NCBI GenBank assembly: GCA_015064805.1
Contig: SVRN01000004.1
Coordinates: 24,965 to 88,964, forward strand
Reading direction: 5' to 3'
From: Oscillospiraceae bacterium
GTDB taxonomy: Bacteria > Bacillota > Clostridia > Oscillospirales > CAG-272
Length of the DNA: 64,000 nucleotides
Below are positions 28,521 to 38,466 of this stretch, one piece after another. The notes beneath the pieces are model-generated. The model had not been told where the DNA came from. It did not search any database and saw only the letters and a list, made by a program, of their open reading frames with translations. The first letter of the stretch is position 1, and every line of letters begins with the position of its first letter. The position numbers and the translations under genes are program-made.

Positions 28521-30227
28521 ATGAAAACTAACAAAAAAACTTTCGTAAAACGCTTAGCATCTCTGGTGCTGGTCGCTCTGCTGTTGATGACGGCACTCAG
28601 CGCTTGCTCTGGTAAACAAAAGGTCATCAAGCCTACCGTCAACACCGACGTATTTTTGTCAATTGACGAAAAATGCGCGCTGACGGCCTCCGAGCTCAGC
28701 GCCATTGCTAAGATGCTGTCCGCCACCTACGACACCGATTTCAAGACGCAGGAGATCCTGATCGCGGCCTACCGCGGCTACGATATGCTGGCCGAAGGCT
28801 TTGACGCAAGCAAGATCGATCCTTCCGTGACGAACGAGCCCAATCTGGAGGCGGCTGTGAATTTGATCCGCAAGGCAAATCTCAAGGCCGACAGCGACAC
28901 GCAGATCTTCTTTGAAAACTACACGACGATGAACGCCACCGACCTTTTGACGCTGATCAAGTCCATGCAGACGACGGTCGATCTGGATGCGTCCAAGGGC
29001 TTCTGGGATACGCTGTTCGGATGGATCGGTGCGTTTATCGGCTGGATGACCAGAACGCTGTGCTTTGGCAGCTATATCGGCGGTATCTGCCTGTTTGCCG
29101 TGATCGTTGAGCTGCTCATGCTGCCGTTGTCTATCAAGCAGCAGAAGAACTCCATCAAGCAGGCCAAGCTTCGCCCCAAGGAAATGGCCATCAAGAAGAA
29201 GTACGCCGGTCGCGACGACCAGGTGACCAAGCAAAAGCAGAGCCAGGAGCTTCAGGAGCTGTATCAGAAGGAGAACGTCAACGCGGCCTCGGGCTGTCTG
29301 CCGTTGCTTATTCAAATGCCCATCATTCTGGCGCTGTACCGCATCGTCGTTGATCCGCTGCGCTACGTGCTGGGTCAGGTTCCCGCGCTGTCAAGCGCCC
29401 TCAACGCTTACTTTACGGCATCTCCCGCAGCAGGTGGTCTGGGCAAGAACATCGTCAGCAATGGCGGTACCATTACCATGCTGTCCGAGCTGACGCCTGA
29501 CAATCTGGCAGGGCTGAAGAACTTTTTGTTCTATGGCAACGGTGAGGAGCTGGTTTCGACAATTGAGGGCATTATGCCCAAGATGCCCGACTTCACGCTG
29601 GGCAACATCAACCTGGGTCTGAGCCCCAGCTTCGAGCGCTTTGACTGGTTGCTGCTCGTTCCCGTGCTGACCTTTGTTATTTATTTCTTCTCGATGAGAC
29701 TGACCAAGAAGTTCACCTACCAGTCTCAGGCAATGCAGGATCAGCAGACCGCTTGCTCGGGCTGGCTGATGGATATCTATATGCCCGGTATGAGTACCTT
29801 CTTTGCATTCATGGTACCCGCACTGGTCGGCATTTACTGGATGTTCAAGAGCGTGATCTCTACGCTGCGTCAGTTCATCGTTTGCAAGATCATGCCCTAT
29901 CCGCAGTTTACCGAGGATGACTACCGTGCCGCCGAGCGTGAGTATGCCGGTAAGGCGCCCAAGAAGGGCGAGACCCGTCCCGACACCCGCACCTACGGCC
30001 GTGACGTCCAGATGATTGGCGGTAAGCCCAAGTCGCTGTTCCACATGGACGACGACGATTACGTCGCCAAGATCGAGGCGGAAGCCAAGCGCGAGGCCGA
30101 GGAACAGGGCGAGGAGAAGATCGAGGGCGTGGCGCTCAAGCAGTACGATCGCCCCGAGCGCAAAAAGAAAAACAAAAACGAGAGCAAGTCGGACGGCAAC
30201 GATGCCCCCACCGACAGCGAACAGTAA
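28521..30227 (+). CDS. yidC: YidC/Oxa1 insertase with N-terminal lipoprotein extension
   Basis: LLMLPL.IKQQK, I.KKY, GCLPLLIQMPI..ALY, YW; LSAC lipobox. Confidence 0.92.
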   Translation: MKTNKKTFVKRLASLVLVALLLMTALSACSGKQKVIKPTVNTDVFLSIDEKCALTASELSAIAKMLSATYDTDFKTQEILIAAYRGYDMLAEGFDASKIDPSVTNEPNLEAAVNLIRKANLKADSDTQIFFENYTTMNATDLLTLIKSMQTTVDLDASKGFWDTLFGWIGAFIGWMTRTLCFGSYIGGICLFAVIVELLMLPLSIKQQKNSIKQAKLRPKEMAIKKKYAGRDDQVTKQKQSQELQELYQKENVNAASGCLPLLIQMPIILALYRIVVDPLRYVLGQVPALSSALNAYFTASPAAGGLGKNIVSNGGTITMLSELTPDNLAGLKNFLFYGNGEELVSTIEGIMPKMPDFTLGNINLGLSPSFERFDWLLLVPVLTFVIYFFSMRLTKKFTYQSQAMQDQQTACSGWLMDIYMPGMSTFFAFMVPALVGIYWMFKSVISTLRQFIVCKIMPYPQFTEDDYRAAEREYAGKAPKKGETRPDTRTYGRDVQMIGGKPKSLFHMDDDDYVAKIEAEAKREAEEQGEEKIEGVALKQYDRPERKKKNKNESKSDGNDAPTDSEQ

Positions 30228-30250
30228 TATTAGACGATTGGAGAATCATT

Positions 30251-30967
30251 GTGAAAAAGCAAGTTACGATTACCGCAAAAACGATCGACGAGGCAATCGC
30301 CAAGGCTGTAGAGGAGCTGGGCGCGCCCGACGCATCGGACATTGAATATACCGTCATTGAGGAGCCTAAGAAGGGTCTGTTTGGCATCGGCGCAACGCCT
30401 GCCGTCATCGAGGCCACCTACCAGAAGAACGGTGTTGCCCTGGCGCTGGAGTTTTTGACCCGCCTGACCAAGGACATGGGCCTGAACGTTACCATGACCG
30501 TCCGCGACGGCAGCAACGGTGACAAGGTCATCGCCATTGACGGCGACCACGCAGGCGTGCTGATCGGTCACCACGGTGACACGCTGGACGCGCTGCAGTA
30601 TCTGTCCAACCTCGCCGCAAACAAGAAGAGCGAGGGTGAAAAGCGCGAGTACGTCAAGATCACCATCGACGTTGAGAACTACCGTGCAAAGCGTGAGGAA
30701 ACGCTGCGTGCGCTGGCTCGCCGCATGGCACACCGCGTCCTGCGCTACAAGAAGAGCGTGATGCTTGAGCCCATGAATCCTTATGAGCGTCGCATCATCC
30801 ACTCCGAGATCCAGACCATCGACGGTGTTTCCACCAACTCCATCGGCTCGGAGGACAACCGTAAGGTCGTTATCTTCCTGGACGAAAAGTCTGCGGCCGC
30901 ACACCGCACGCCCGCCGAGGAGGAAGCCGCTGAGATCCTGCGCGATTTCGGTGAGGAGCTGTATTAA
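30251..30967 (+). CDS. jag: Jag/EloR (KhpB) RNA-binding protein
   Basis: AKTIDEAI..A, KKGLFG, LIGHHG.TLDALQ (KH), LEPMNPYERRIIH (R3H). Confidence 0.95.
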   Translation: MKKQVTITAKTIDEAIAKAVEELGAPDASDIEYTVIEEPKKGLFGIGATPAVIEATYQKNGVALALEFLTRLTKDMGLNVTMTVRDGSNGDKVIAIDGDHAGVLIGHHGDTLDALQYLSNLAANKKSEGEKREYVKITIDVENYRAKREETLRALARRMAHRVLRYKKSVMLEPMNPYERRIIHSEIQTIDGVSTNSIGSEDNRKVVIFLDEKSAAAHRTPAEEEAAEILRDFGEELY

Positions 30968-30980
30968 TAGGTAAAAAGAT

Positions 30981-31620
30981 GCGGGGGAAAAACTTTTTGA
31001 AAAAAGTTTTTCCCCCGCGCCCCCTTTTCAAAAACTTTGAAAAAAGATATATGGCAAAAAGGGAAGTGCCTGCGCGAACTTTGGCCATAGCTGTCGCAAG
31101 CTTCCGGGGCCCCAACCCCATCCGCTCTGCCGAATAGCACTTGCACAAAAAGCCCCGCGCCCCCTTTTCTAAAACTTTGAAGAAAAAAGTTTTAGTTTTC
31201 TAAATACGAAAAAGTTTTCGCCCGCCTTTTTCAAAAGGCGGCGCGGTGGAGGGCGCGTAGCCCTCCTCGTGCTCCGCAGAGCGCGAAACACTCTTTTGGC
31301 GTTTCTTTTTGAAAGCTTTTTCTTTGCGCCTGCGCAACCAAAGAAAAAGCGGCTAACGAGTTTTGCTTTGTTATACCTTTTTCCAAAAAGTTTTTAGGCG
31401 GGGTTTGGGGCGGAGCCCCACATCGTCCCCCTTTGCAAACAAATGGGGCAGGGGCCCCATGGAGAGTTTTGCAGAACGCAGGAACAGCGTACAAGGCCCC
31501 CCATTTATTTTCCTTCGAAAGTTTTTGAAATTCCTAAAAACTTTTTTCCAAAAAGTTTTTAGGCGGGGTTTGGGGCGGAGCCCCATATCGTCCCCCGCCA
31601 ATGGGGGCAGAGCCCCAAAT
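30981..31620. repeat. Dense composite cluster of family-2 palindromes with an internal ~50-bp direct repeat and one pseudoknot unit
   Basis: TTTTCCAAAAAGTTTTTAGGCGGGGTTTGGGGCGGAGCCCCA twice (about 31379 and 31545); pseudoknot unit at 31298-31350. Confidence 0.85.
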
Positions 31621-31644
31621 AATCCACCCCTACAGGAGTCAGAT

Positions 31645-33060
31645 ATGGAACTGTTAGATACCATTGCTGCCATCAGCACGCCGCACGGAAAGGGCGGTGT
31701 GGCCCTTTTGCGCGTCAGCGGCGAGGATGCTTTGTCTGTGGCGGCGCGTGTATTCGTGCCGAAAAATGGAAAAGCACTGCAGGATATCGCATCCCGCATG
31801 GCCACCTACGGCGCGATCCTTGCCCCCGAGGGGGAGGAATGGCTGCCCGTCGATGACGGTGTAGCGACCGTCTTCCGCGCGCCCGCTTCGTTTACGGGCG
31901 AGAATACGGTCGAAATCACCTGCCACGGCGGCATTCTGCTGACCCAGACGGTGCTGTCGGCACTGCTGAGCGCAGGCGCGCGTATGGCACGCCCGGGCGA
32001 ATTCACCCGCCGCGCGTTTCTCAACGGCAAGCTCGGTCTTGGCGCCGCTGAAGCACTTGGCTCGCTTTTGGAGGCGCAGAGCCGCGGACAGATGACGCTG
32101 GCGTTGGGCGGACTTCACGGCAAGCTGGAGGCGCGTAGTCGCGCCTGCTATGAACGATTGCGTACCGTGCTGACCTCGGTGCTGGCCTGCATCGATTTCC
32201 CCGACGAGGACTTGAGCGAAATGAGCCGCGAGGATATGATCGCCACGCTGAGCGACGTGCAAAGTGAATTGCGCGCCCTGGGTAAGACCTATCGCACGGG
32301 CCACGCCATCGCAGAGGGCATTCCGACGGTCATCTGCGGCCGCACCAACGTAGGTAAAAGCTCGCTTTATAATCGCCTGCTCGGTAGAGAAGCCGCCATT
32401 GTGACCGATATTGAGGGAACGACGCGAGACGTTTTGAGCGAGACGACGACGCTGGGACAGGTAACCTTGCGTTTGTTTGATACGGCGGGTCTGCGTGACA
32501 CCGACGACACCGTCGAGCGCATCGGCATTGACCGTGCCCGCCGCGCGATGGACGAAGCCGAGCTGATCCTGGCGCTGTTTGACCTCACTCGCCCCTTGAC
32601 GGACGAGGAGCACGCCCTGCTCGACGAGCTCGCGGCTCGCGATATGCCAAGAGGCACCGTAATCGCTCTGCTGAATAAATTCGATGCGGTCTGCGATACA
32701 CACATCTCCTCCGAGGTGTGTGCCGCCGTCACGGCTAAGATCGCGCATTCGATGACCATCTCAGCCAAGAGCGGCGCGGGCATTGAGGCACTTGCCGACT
32801 TGGTCGATACGCTGTTCGTCGACGGCTCGATTTCCTTGCGCGACGACGCCGTGGTCGTCAACGCTCGCCAGATGGCAACGGTGACGCAGGCGAGCGAGGC
32901 ACTCGCACGCGCGCTGGACGCGCTGAACGCGGGGTTGCCGATGGACCTTTGCTGTGTTGATCTGACGGCGGCCATGTCGGCGCTGTCGGAGCTGGACGGT
33001 CGAGAGATCGGCGAGGACGTGGTGAATGAAATTTTCTCGCATTTTTGCGTGGGGAAATGA
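31645..33060 (+). CDS. mnmE: tRNA modification GTPase
   Basis: DTIAAISTP.G.GGVA..RVSG, SFTGE, CHGG, GEFTRRAFLNGK, NVGKSSL, GTTRD, DTAGLR, FCVGK. Confidence 0.97.
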   Translation: MELLDTIAAISTPHGKGGVALLRVSGEDALSVAARVFVPKNGKALQDIASRMATYGAILAPEGEEWLPVDDGVATVFRAPASFTGENTVEITCHGGILLTQTVLSALLSAGARMARPGEFTRRAFLNGKLGLGAAEALGSLLEAQSRGQMTLALGGLHGKLEARSRACYERLRTVLTSVLACIDFPDEDLSEMSREDMIATLSDVQSELRALGKTYRTGHAIAEGIPTVICGRTNVGKSSLYNRLLGREAAIVTDIEGTTRDVLSETTTLGQVTLRLFDTAGLRDTDDTVERIGIDRARRAMDEAELILALFDLTRPLTDEEHALLDELAARDMPRGTVIALLNKFDAVCDTHISSEVCAAVTAKIAHSMTISAKSGAGIEALADLVDTLFVDGSISLRDDAVVVNARQMATVTQASEALARALDALNAGLPMDLCCVDLTAAMSALSELDGREIGEDVVNEIFSHFCVGK

Positions 33061-33076
33061 CGGGGGAGAGGGAGTT

Positions 33077-33445
33077 TAGCTGAAATTCAAGCACCTTCTC
33101 CTTTTGACGTGCGTACAGCTAGTTTTGTGTTCATGCTTGCATGACGCCCGTGTTTAGCGGGCGAGCAAAACTTGTTATTTCGCTTGCGAAATATGGCTTC
33201 GCGCCGCGCTGTGCTGTATTTGATGTACTTTCTTTGTCGCTGAACAAAGAAAGTACCAAAGAAAGTCAGCTCGGACGTTCCCTCCGAGGCCTCCCTTGGC
33301 ATTGCCGCTCTACAAAGAGGATCAAGAGATAGACATAACGGTCTATTGTGCTTTGCTTCAAGGTAGCCATCACGAGCGGCAGATATGCCAAAGCAAGAAA
33401 TTTTGCGGGGTGCCAAGGGCATTCGCTTTCACCGGGCGCGCGCCA
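33077..33445. mobile_element. Family-1 element, copy D (left arm, short core, degenerate right arm)
   Basis: TAGCTGAAATTCAAGCACCTTCTCC terminus; pseudoknot 33225-33270. Confidence 0.8.
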
Positions 33446-33505
33446 ATCTTAATACTATCTAAAAAACCAAGGGAGATTTCCATTCGGAAATCTCCCTTGT
33501 GTGCT

Positions 33506-34165
33506 TTAATAATTTTCTGCGTGTACTTCGAAATAGCTCTGCGGATGATCGCAGGTGGGGCAAATCTCGGGCGCCTTGGTGCCAACGACGATATGTCCGC
33601 AGTTGCGGCATTCCCAAACCTTGACCTCGCTCTTTTCAAATACCTGCGCGGTTTCGACGTTGCGCAGCAGTGCGCGGTAGCGCTCCTCGTGGTGCTTTTC
33701 GATAGCGGCAACCAGACGGAACTTGCGAGCCAGATCGTGGAAGCCCTCGGCCTCGGCCGTCTCGGCAAAGCCCGCGTACATATCCGTCCATTCGTAGTTC
33801 TCACCGTCAGCAGCGTCGGAGAGATTCTGGGCGGTGTCGCCGATGCCGGCGAGCTCCTTGAACCACATCTTTGCGTGTTCCTTTTCGTTCTCGGCCGTCT
33901 TGAGGAACAGAGCCGCGATCTGCTCGTAGCCCTCCTTCTTGGCCTTGGATGCGTAGTAGGTGTACTTGTTTCTTGCCTGGGACTCGCCGGCAAAGGCCGC
34001 CTGCAGATTCTTCTCGGTCTGGGTGCCTGCGTACTTGGTCTTCTTGTCGTTTGCGATGATCTCCTCCAGCTTGTCACCGCTTACACGGCAACGGGGGCAT
34101 ACGGCGGTCTCGCCTTCGGGGACCTGAAAGATTTCGCCGCAAACTTTGCACTTGTAGGTTTTCAT
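33506..34165 (-). CDS. rbr: Rubrerythrin with an additional N-terminal rubredoxin-like domain
   Basis: CKVCG..CPRC; [27 protein letters not shown]; [12 protein letters not shown]. Confidence 0.92.
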   Translation of the reverse strand: MKTYKCKVCGEIFQVPEGETAVCPRCRVSGDKLEEIIANDKKTKYAGTQTEKNLQAAFAGESQARNKYTYYASKAKKEGYEQIAALFLKTAENEKEHAKMWFKELAGIGDTAQNLSDAADGENYEWTDMYAGFAETAEAEGFHDLARKFRLVAAIEKHHEERYRALLRNVETAQVFEKSEVKVWECRNCGHIVVGTKAPEICPTCDHPQSYFEVHAENY

Positions 34166-34227
34166 ATTGGTTTTCCTCCTGCGTTTTTTATTATTTTAAT
34201 GCGAATTCTGTATGCGGAATACAAAAT

Positions 34228-35442
34228 TCAAAAATTTCGATTCAAAAATTGATCCTGCGCCTCGCCCGAGGTGCGGATAAAGAAACGAACCGCGTCGGTG
34301 TATTCCTTGCGTGCGGCCTCCATGGCGGCTTTGCTCGGGTTTCTCTTACGAATGGCGCGGAGCATGACGTTTTTGGGCGTCTCCTCGGGATCGATCAGCT
34401 CCAGCGCGGCCGTCGTGTAGCCGTGTGCTTCGAGAAGAAGCAGACGCATGGCGTCGGTCGCGGCGTCGCACAGCTTCTGACGCAACATGGAATGCTCGGC
34501 AATGCAGGACAGCTCGGGGCAGTCCAGCGTGTGATTGAGCTCGTGATGACAGCAGGGCGTGGACAAAATGACCTCGCTTTGCCATTCCATCGCTTTATGA
34601 AGCACCAGATCGGTGGCGGTGTCGCAGGCGTGAAGGGATACGACCAGGTGGACGTGCGCGCCTTCCTCTACCTGATAATTTGCCACGTCGCCGCAGAGAA
34701 ATTCAAGTCCTTCAAAATTCAGTTGCTTGGCAATGCACGCGCAATTTTCGATCACGTCGGCCTTGAGGTCGACACAGCTCATGCGGACCTCTCTTCCCTT
34801 GACCACCGTCAGATAGTGATAAACGGCAAAGGAAAGATAGCTTTTTCCACAGCACAGATCGCACACGCGGAGCGTGCCTTCGGTGGGCAGATGATCCTCC
34901 ACATCACGAAGCAACTCTAAAAAGCGGTTGATCTGGCGGAATTTGGATTGCTTTTTGTCGTACACACGCCCGTTTTTGTCGCTGACCTCCAACGCTTGCA
35001 AAAAAGGCTCGTTCCCCGAGAGAATATACTGCTTCTGTCGGTCGTTGGCCGCGGTGGGCGGATCGACTTGCTTGGCGGATTGCAAAAGGGCTTGCAGCTT
35101 TCCGCCGCGCAACAGCGTCTGCTTGCCGTCTTTACTGCATTTCAATTCACAGTCGCCGCCGGGGAGCGTCGTTAACAGATTGATCTGACCGTAGAGCGAC
35201 AGCTCGCTCGCCAGCGTTTCGGCGTCATCCATTTCGATATTGAGATGCTTTGCTTTGTTGTCGGTGTGAAAGGTCTCTATCTGAAGCATCAGACGTCCCC
35301 CGATGCGGCGGGGCGTCAGCGTCGCGCGGATGCGGTCGGCGGCGCGGGATTTGGACAAGACCACACGGCGCAGCACTCCCTTTTGAACGGCTTGCGCGAT
35401 CAGGGCGCACAGCTGTGCCATCGGCGTTGCGCTTGCGCTCAT
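34228..35442 (-). CDS. SAM-dependent methyltransferase (Methyltransf_32-like)
   Basis: KFRQINRFLE, DLCCGKSYL, SLHACDTATD, PCC, TPKN; true start MSASAT overlaps the plsY stop. Confidence 0.9.
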   Translation of the reverse strand: MSASATPMAQLCALIAQAVQKGVLRRVVLSKSRAADRIRATLTPRRIGGRLMLQIETFHTDNKAKHLNIEMDDAETLASELSLYGQINLLTTLPGGDCELKCSKDGKQTLLRGGKLQALLQSAKQVDPPTAANDRQKQYILSGNEPFLQALEVSDKNGRVYDKKQSKFRQINRFLELLRDVEDHLPTEGTLRVCDLCCGKSYLSFAVYHYLTVVKGREVRMSCVDLKADVIENCACIAKQLNFEGLEFLCGDVANYQVEEGAHVHLVVSLHACDTATDLVLHKAMEWQSEVILSTPCCHHELNHTLDCPELSCIAEHSMLRQKLCDAATDAMRLLLLEAHGYTTAALELIDPEETPKNVMLRAIRKRNPSKAAMEAARKEYTDAVRFFIRTSGEAQDQFLNRNF

Positions 35443-36173
35443 GACTTTCCTCCTTCGCTCTCGGCCGCGTCGGTGCTCTCGTCCGTCTTTTTCTTGCGCG
35501 AGAAGGAGATCTTGGATTCCTTGCCGTTCCATAGGCGCTTGATGTTCTCGCGGTGCATGAAAATGACGAACGCGGTGGTCAGAATCCCCATGAGGATAAC
35601 CCAGCCGCCGGGGAAAAAGGCGCGCAGCAGAAGCGGATACAAAAAGCCGCACATGATGGAGGCGAGGGAGACATAGCGCGTACCTGCCGTGATAACGACG
35701 AAGCAGATCAGCATAATGAGGAAGGTCCAGGGGTCCAGCATAAGCGCGACGATGCCCGTGCAGGCCACGCCCTTGCCGCCTTTGAAGCGGTAAAACACAG
35801 GGAACATATGCCCGAAGATGCAGAAAAACCCTGCAATGGGCGCGCCGATAAAGACGGAGCCGATCACGTAGCCCAGCGTAGTCGCGATGGCGGCCTTGAG
35901 CATGTCGCAGGCCAGTGTCATTACGGCGTATTTGGTGCCGTAGGTGCGGAGCATGTTGGTCGCGCCTGCGTTTTTGGAGCCGTGCGCGCGGATGTCGCGG
36001 TGCAGAAACAGTCGCGAGATGATGATGGCTGAGTTCAGACTTCCGAGCAGGTAGCCCACCGCGATACAAAGCAGGATGCCCGCTACTGAAACGATCAGCG
36101 TGGCATCGCCCGTCAGATGGAGCGCATCACAAATCAGATCCACCAGATTCCATTGTGGTAAAAAGCGTAGCAT
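35439..36173 (-). CDS. plsY: Glycerol-3-phosphate acyltransferase
   Basis: YLLGS, DIR.HGS.NAGATN..R, GHMFP.F..FKGGKGVA, HRENIKRL..G.E. Confidence 0.96.
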   Translation of the reverse strand: MLRFLPQWNLVDLICDALHLTGDATLIVSVAGILLCIAVGYLLGSLNSAIIISRLFLHRDIRAHGSKNAGATNMLRTYGTKYAVMTLACDMLKAAIATTLGYVIGSVFIGAPIAGFFCIFGHMFPVFYRFKGGKGVACTGIVALMLDPWTFLIMLICFVVITAGTRYVSLASIMCGFLYPLLLRAFFPGGWVILMGILTTAFVIFMHRENIKRLWNGKESKISFSRKKKTDESTDAAESEGGKS

Positions 36174-36176
36174 ATA

Positions 36177-36449
36177 TCAGTTATCTCCGTTCTTTTTCTT
36201 GCGGGAGGCCAAGGCGTGAAGACGCGCTCTGGCCGCGGCCAGACGCTGCTCGGCTTCGCTTGCCTTGGCGACGATATCGGTCAGCACGCCGTTCTCGCCA
36301 AGCGTTGCCTCGAATAGCATACCCTCGGGAAAGCTGCGCAGATCGGGGTTTTTCTCCAAGGAAAAATCGTATTTTTTGTTGTTAGCCCCCTCGTCCTCGC
36401 AAAGGCAGACGGCAAACTGACCCTCAAAACGGTCCAGACAAAATTTCAT
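36177..36449 (-). CDS. DUF3006-like protein
   Basis: LDRFEG.FAV motif, EG..L. Confidence 0.75.
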   Translation of the reverse strand: MKFCLDRFEGQFAVCLCEDEGANNKKYDFSLEKNPDLRSFPEGMLFEATLGENGVLTDIVAKASEAEQRLAAARARLHALASRKKKNGDN

Positions 36450-36459
36450 GGTTTACCTC

Positions 36460-37548
36460 TTAAAGCTCGATCAGGCTCTTATCGCTGTGGGTGAAATTGT
36501 GAACGCGGCCGTCGGGCGTAATGGCGACCATGTCCTCGATACGGCAGCCGTACTTGCCGGGCAGATAGATACCGGGCTCGAAGGTCACGACGTGACCGCG
36601 CTGAAGAACGCTGTCCTCGGCAGCTCCCTGCGACAGACGGGGATTTTCGTGGATATACATGCCGACACCGTGGCCCAGCGAGTGTCCAAAGGCACCCTTG
36701 TAGCCGGCGTTATCGATAATATCGCGCGCGATGGTATCCAGCTGCTTACAGCCTGCGCCTTCGGCGCAAGCGGCCAAGGATGCCAGCTGTGCTTCCAGAA
36801 CGGTGTTGTATAGGCGGCGCATATCGTCGTCCGCCTTGCCGATGACGACGGTTCTGGTCATATCGGAGCAATATCCCTTGACGCGTGCGCCGAAATCCAT
36901 GGTCAAAAAGCCCTTTTCGAGCTTGACGGGACGGGGAACGCCGTGGGGCTGGGAGGACGCCGTGCCCGAGACGGCGATGGTTTCAAAGGACACGCACTCG
37001 GCACCGTGGGCGCGCATGAAAAATTCCAGCTCAAGCGCCACGTCGATCTCGGTGCGGTCGGGGTTGATATAGGAAAGAATGTGGGTGAAGGCCGCGTCGG
37101 CGATGTCCTGTGCCTGTTGCATCAGCGCGATCTCGCCCTCGTCCTTATAAAGACGCAGACCGTCGATAAGAGCCGATGCTTCGGGACGGAAGGTCGTGAT
37201 GCCCGCGTCGGTCAGCACCTTTTCGATGCGCTCGCAGTCGCGGATGGACAGCGTTTCCTCCTCAAGCGCGACGGATTTGACGCCCTCGCCGCTGAGCAGC
37301 TCGGCAATGGTATTGAGCATACCGCGAGGGGTTATAACCTCAAACTCGGCACCGTCCACGGCCGCCTCGGCCGCCTCAACGTAACGGAAGTCGGTGACCA
37401 GCCACGACTTCTTGGGGGTGACGACGACGTAGCCGTCGGTAAAGGCAAAGCCGGTCAGATAACGCTGATTGATCTCGCTGGTAACGATAACGGCCTCCAT
37501 GTCGGCGCGCTTCATCGCGTCGATCATTCTTGACAAATGTGACATCAT
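36460..37548 (-). CDS. Xaa-Pro aminopeptidase (M24)
   Basis: DFGA..GYCSDMTRT, HSLGHGVG..IHE.P, TFEPGIY, RIED. Confidence 0.95.
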   Translation of the reverse strand: MMSHLSRMIDAMKRADMEAVIVTSEINQRYLTGFAFTDGYVVVTPKKSWLVTDFRYVEAAEAAVDGAEFEVITPRGMLNTIAELLSGEGVKSVALEEETLSIRDCERIEKVLTDAGITTFRPEASALIDGLRLYKDEGEIALMQQAQDIADAAFTHILSYINPDRTEIDVALELEFFMRAHGAECVSFETIAVSGTASSQPHGVPRPVKLEKGFLTMDFGARVKGYCSDMTRTVVIGKADDDMRRLYNTVLEAQLASLAACAEGAGCKQLDTIARDIIDNAGYKGAFGHSLGHGVGMYIHENPRLSQGAAEDSVLQRGHVVTFEPGIYLPGKYGCRIEDMVAITPDGRVHNFTHSDKSLIEL

Positions 37549-37569
37549 GATAACCTCTTTCTTTTCGTA

Positions 37570-38466
37570 TTATTCGTTTTGCGCGCCGCCACGGATGCTT
37601 CCGCCCGCGTCGCGTACGCAATGCTTCATCCAAAGCGCGTCCTCGGCCTGCGTGCCGTCCGACTCGCAGATGATGCGGGGTGCGAGATTTTCCTTGACGA
37701 TGGCCTCGGCCAGCGGCTCAAAGCGAGGACCGAAGACGGTGTCCTCGAAGGTCAGATGGCGTTTTTCGCCCGCGTCGGTGTATTCGATCTTGGAAAAATG
37801 GCAATGGAGCGATCTCGCCACGGCGTCACCGCAGGCGTTGCCGATGCGGTCAAACACGCGGCGGTAGCTGTCAACGTCAGGGAAGGCCAGACCGCGCTCG
37901 CGGCAATTCAAGTGGCCAAAGTCCACGACGGGAACGAAGCGCGGGCTGACGCGACATTGCTCGATGACCTCGTCCAGCGTACCGAGCTGATTGAGCTTGC
38001 CCATGGTCTCAATGCCCAGACGGATATGCTCGTAGCGACCGTCAAGCGCCTTCAGCAGATGCTCGAGCGTGTCGCAGGACAAGCGCATAGCCTCCTCGCG
38101 CGAGATCTTGCCAGCGCTGCCCGAATGGATGACGATGGTATCGGCACCCATCAAATCGGCCGCCCAAAGCGACTTTTCGATATAGTCGATGCTCTTGAGT
38201 CGCTTTTCGGGATCGACGCCCGAGAGCGAAATAAAATACTGGGTGTGAAGCGAGAGGCGGATGCCATGCTCCTTGGCCTTTTGACCAAAGGCGAGCAGAT
38301 TTTCCTCGCCTGCGCTGACGCCACGGGTGGCCTCGTATTCAAACGCGTCAAGACCAACGCGATCAAGCCAGCCTGGCGTTTGCAGCATGGACTTCATGCC
38401 GTCGCGGCGAAACCAATCGCCGTTGCCGCCGGGGCCGAAGGTGGGATAGGACGGGAACTGTATCAT
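37570..38466 (-). CDS. Endonuclease IV-like (AP endonuclease 2) TIM barrel protein
   Basis: SLH..Y.I.L, VIHSG, ETMGK..QLG, DFGH, HCHFS.IEY, E.RH, ICES. Confidence 0.85.
   Translation of the reverse strand: MIQFPSYPTFGPGGNGDWFRRDGMKSMLQTPGWLDRVGLDAFEYEATRGVSAGEENLLAFGQKAKEHGIRLSLHTQYFISLSGVDPEKRLKSIDYIEKSLWAADLMGADTIVIHSGSAGKISREEAMRLSCDTLEHLLKALDGRYEHIRLGIETMGKLNQLGTLDEVIEQCRVSPRFVPVVDFGHLNCRERGLAFPDVDSYRRVFDRIGNACGDAVARSLHCHFSKIEYTDAGEKRHLTFEDTVFGPRFEPLAEAIVKENLAPRIICESDGTQAEDALWMKHCVRDAGGSIRGGAQNE

Noticed and set aside
31363-31644. N-terminal extension of MnmE with a repeated peptide
   Set aside because: Read-through of the palindromic repeat cluster; the true start is ATG 31645 after AGGAG.
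35443-36069. Apparent 613-aa methyltransferase or plsY fusion/frameshift
   Set aside because: The upstream part is an alternative frame of plsY; the two genes simply overlap by ATGA.
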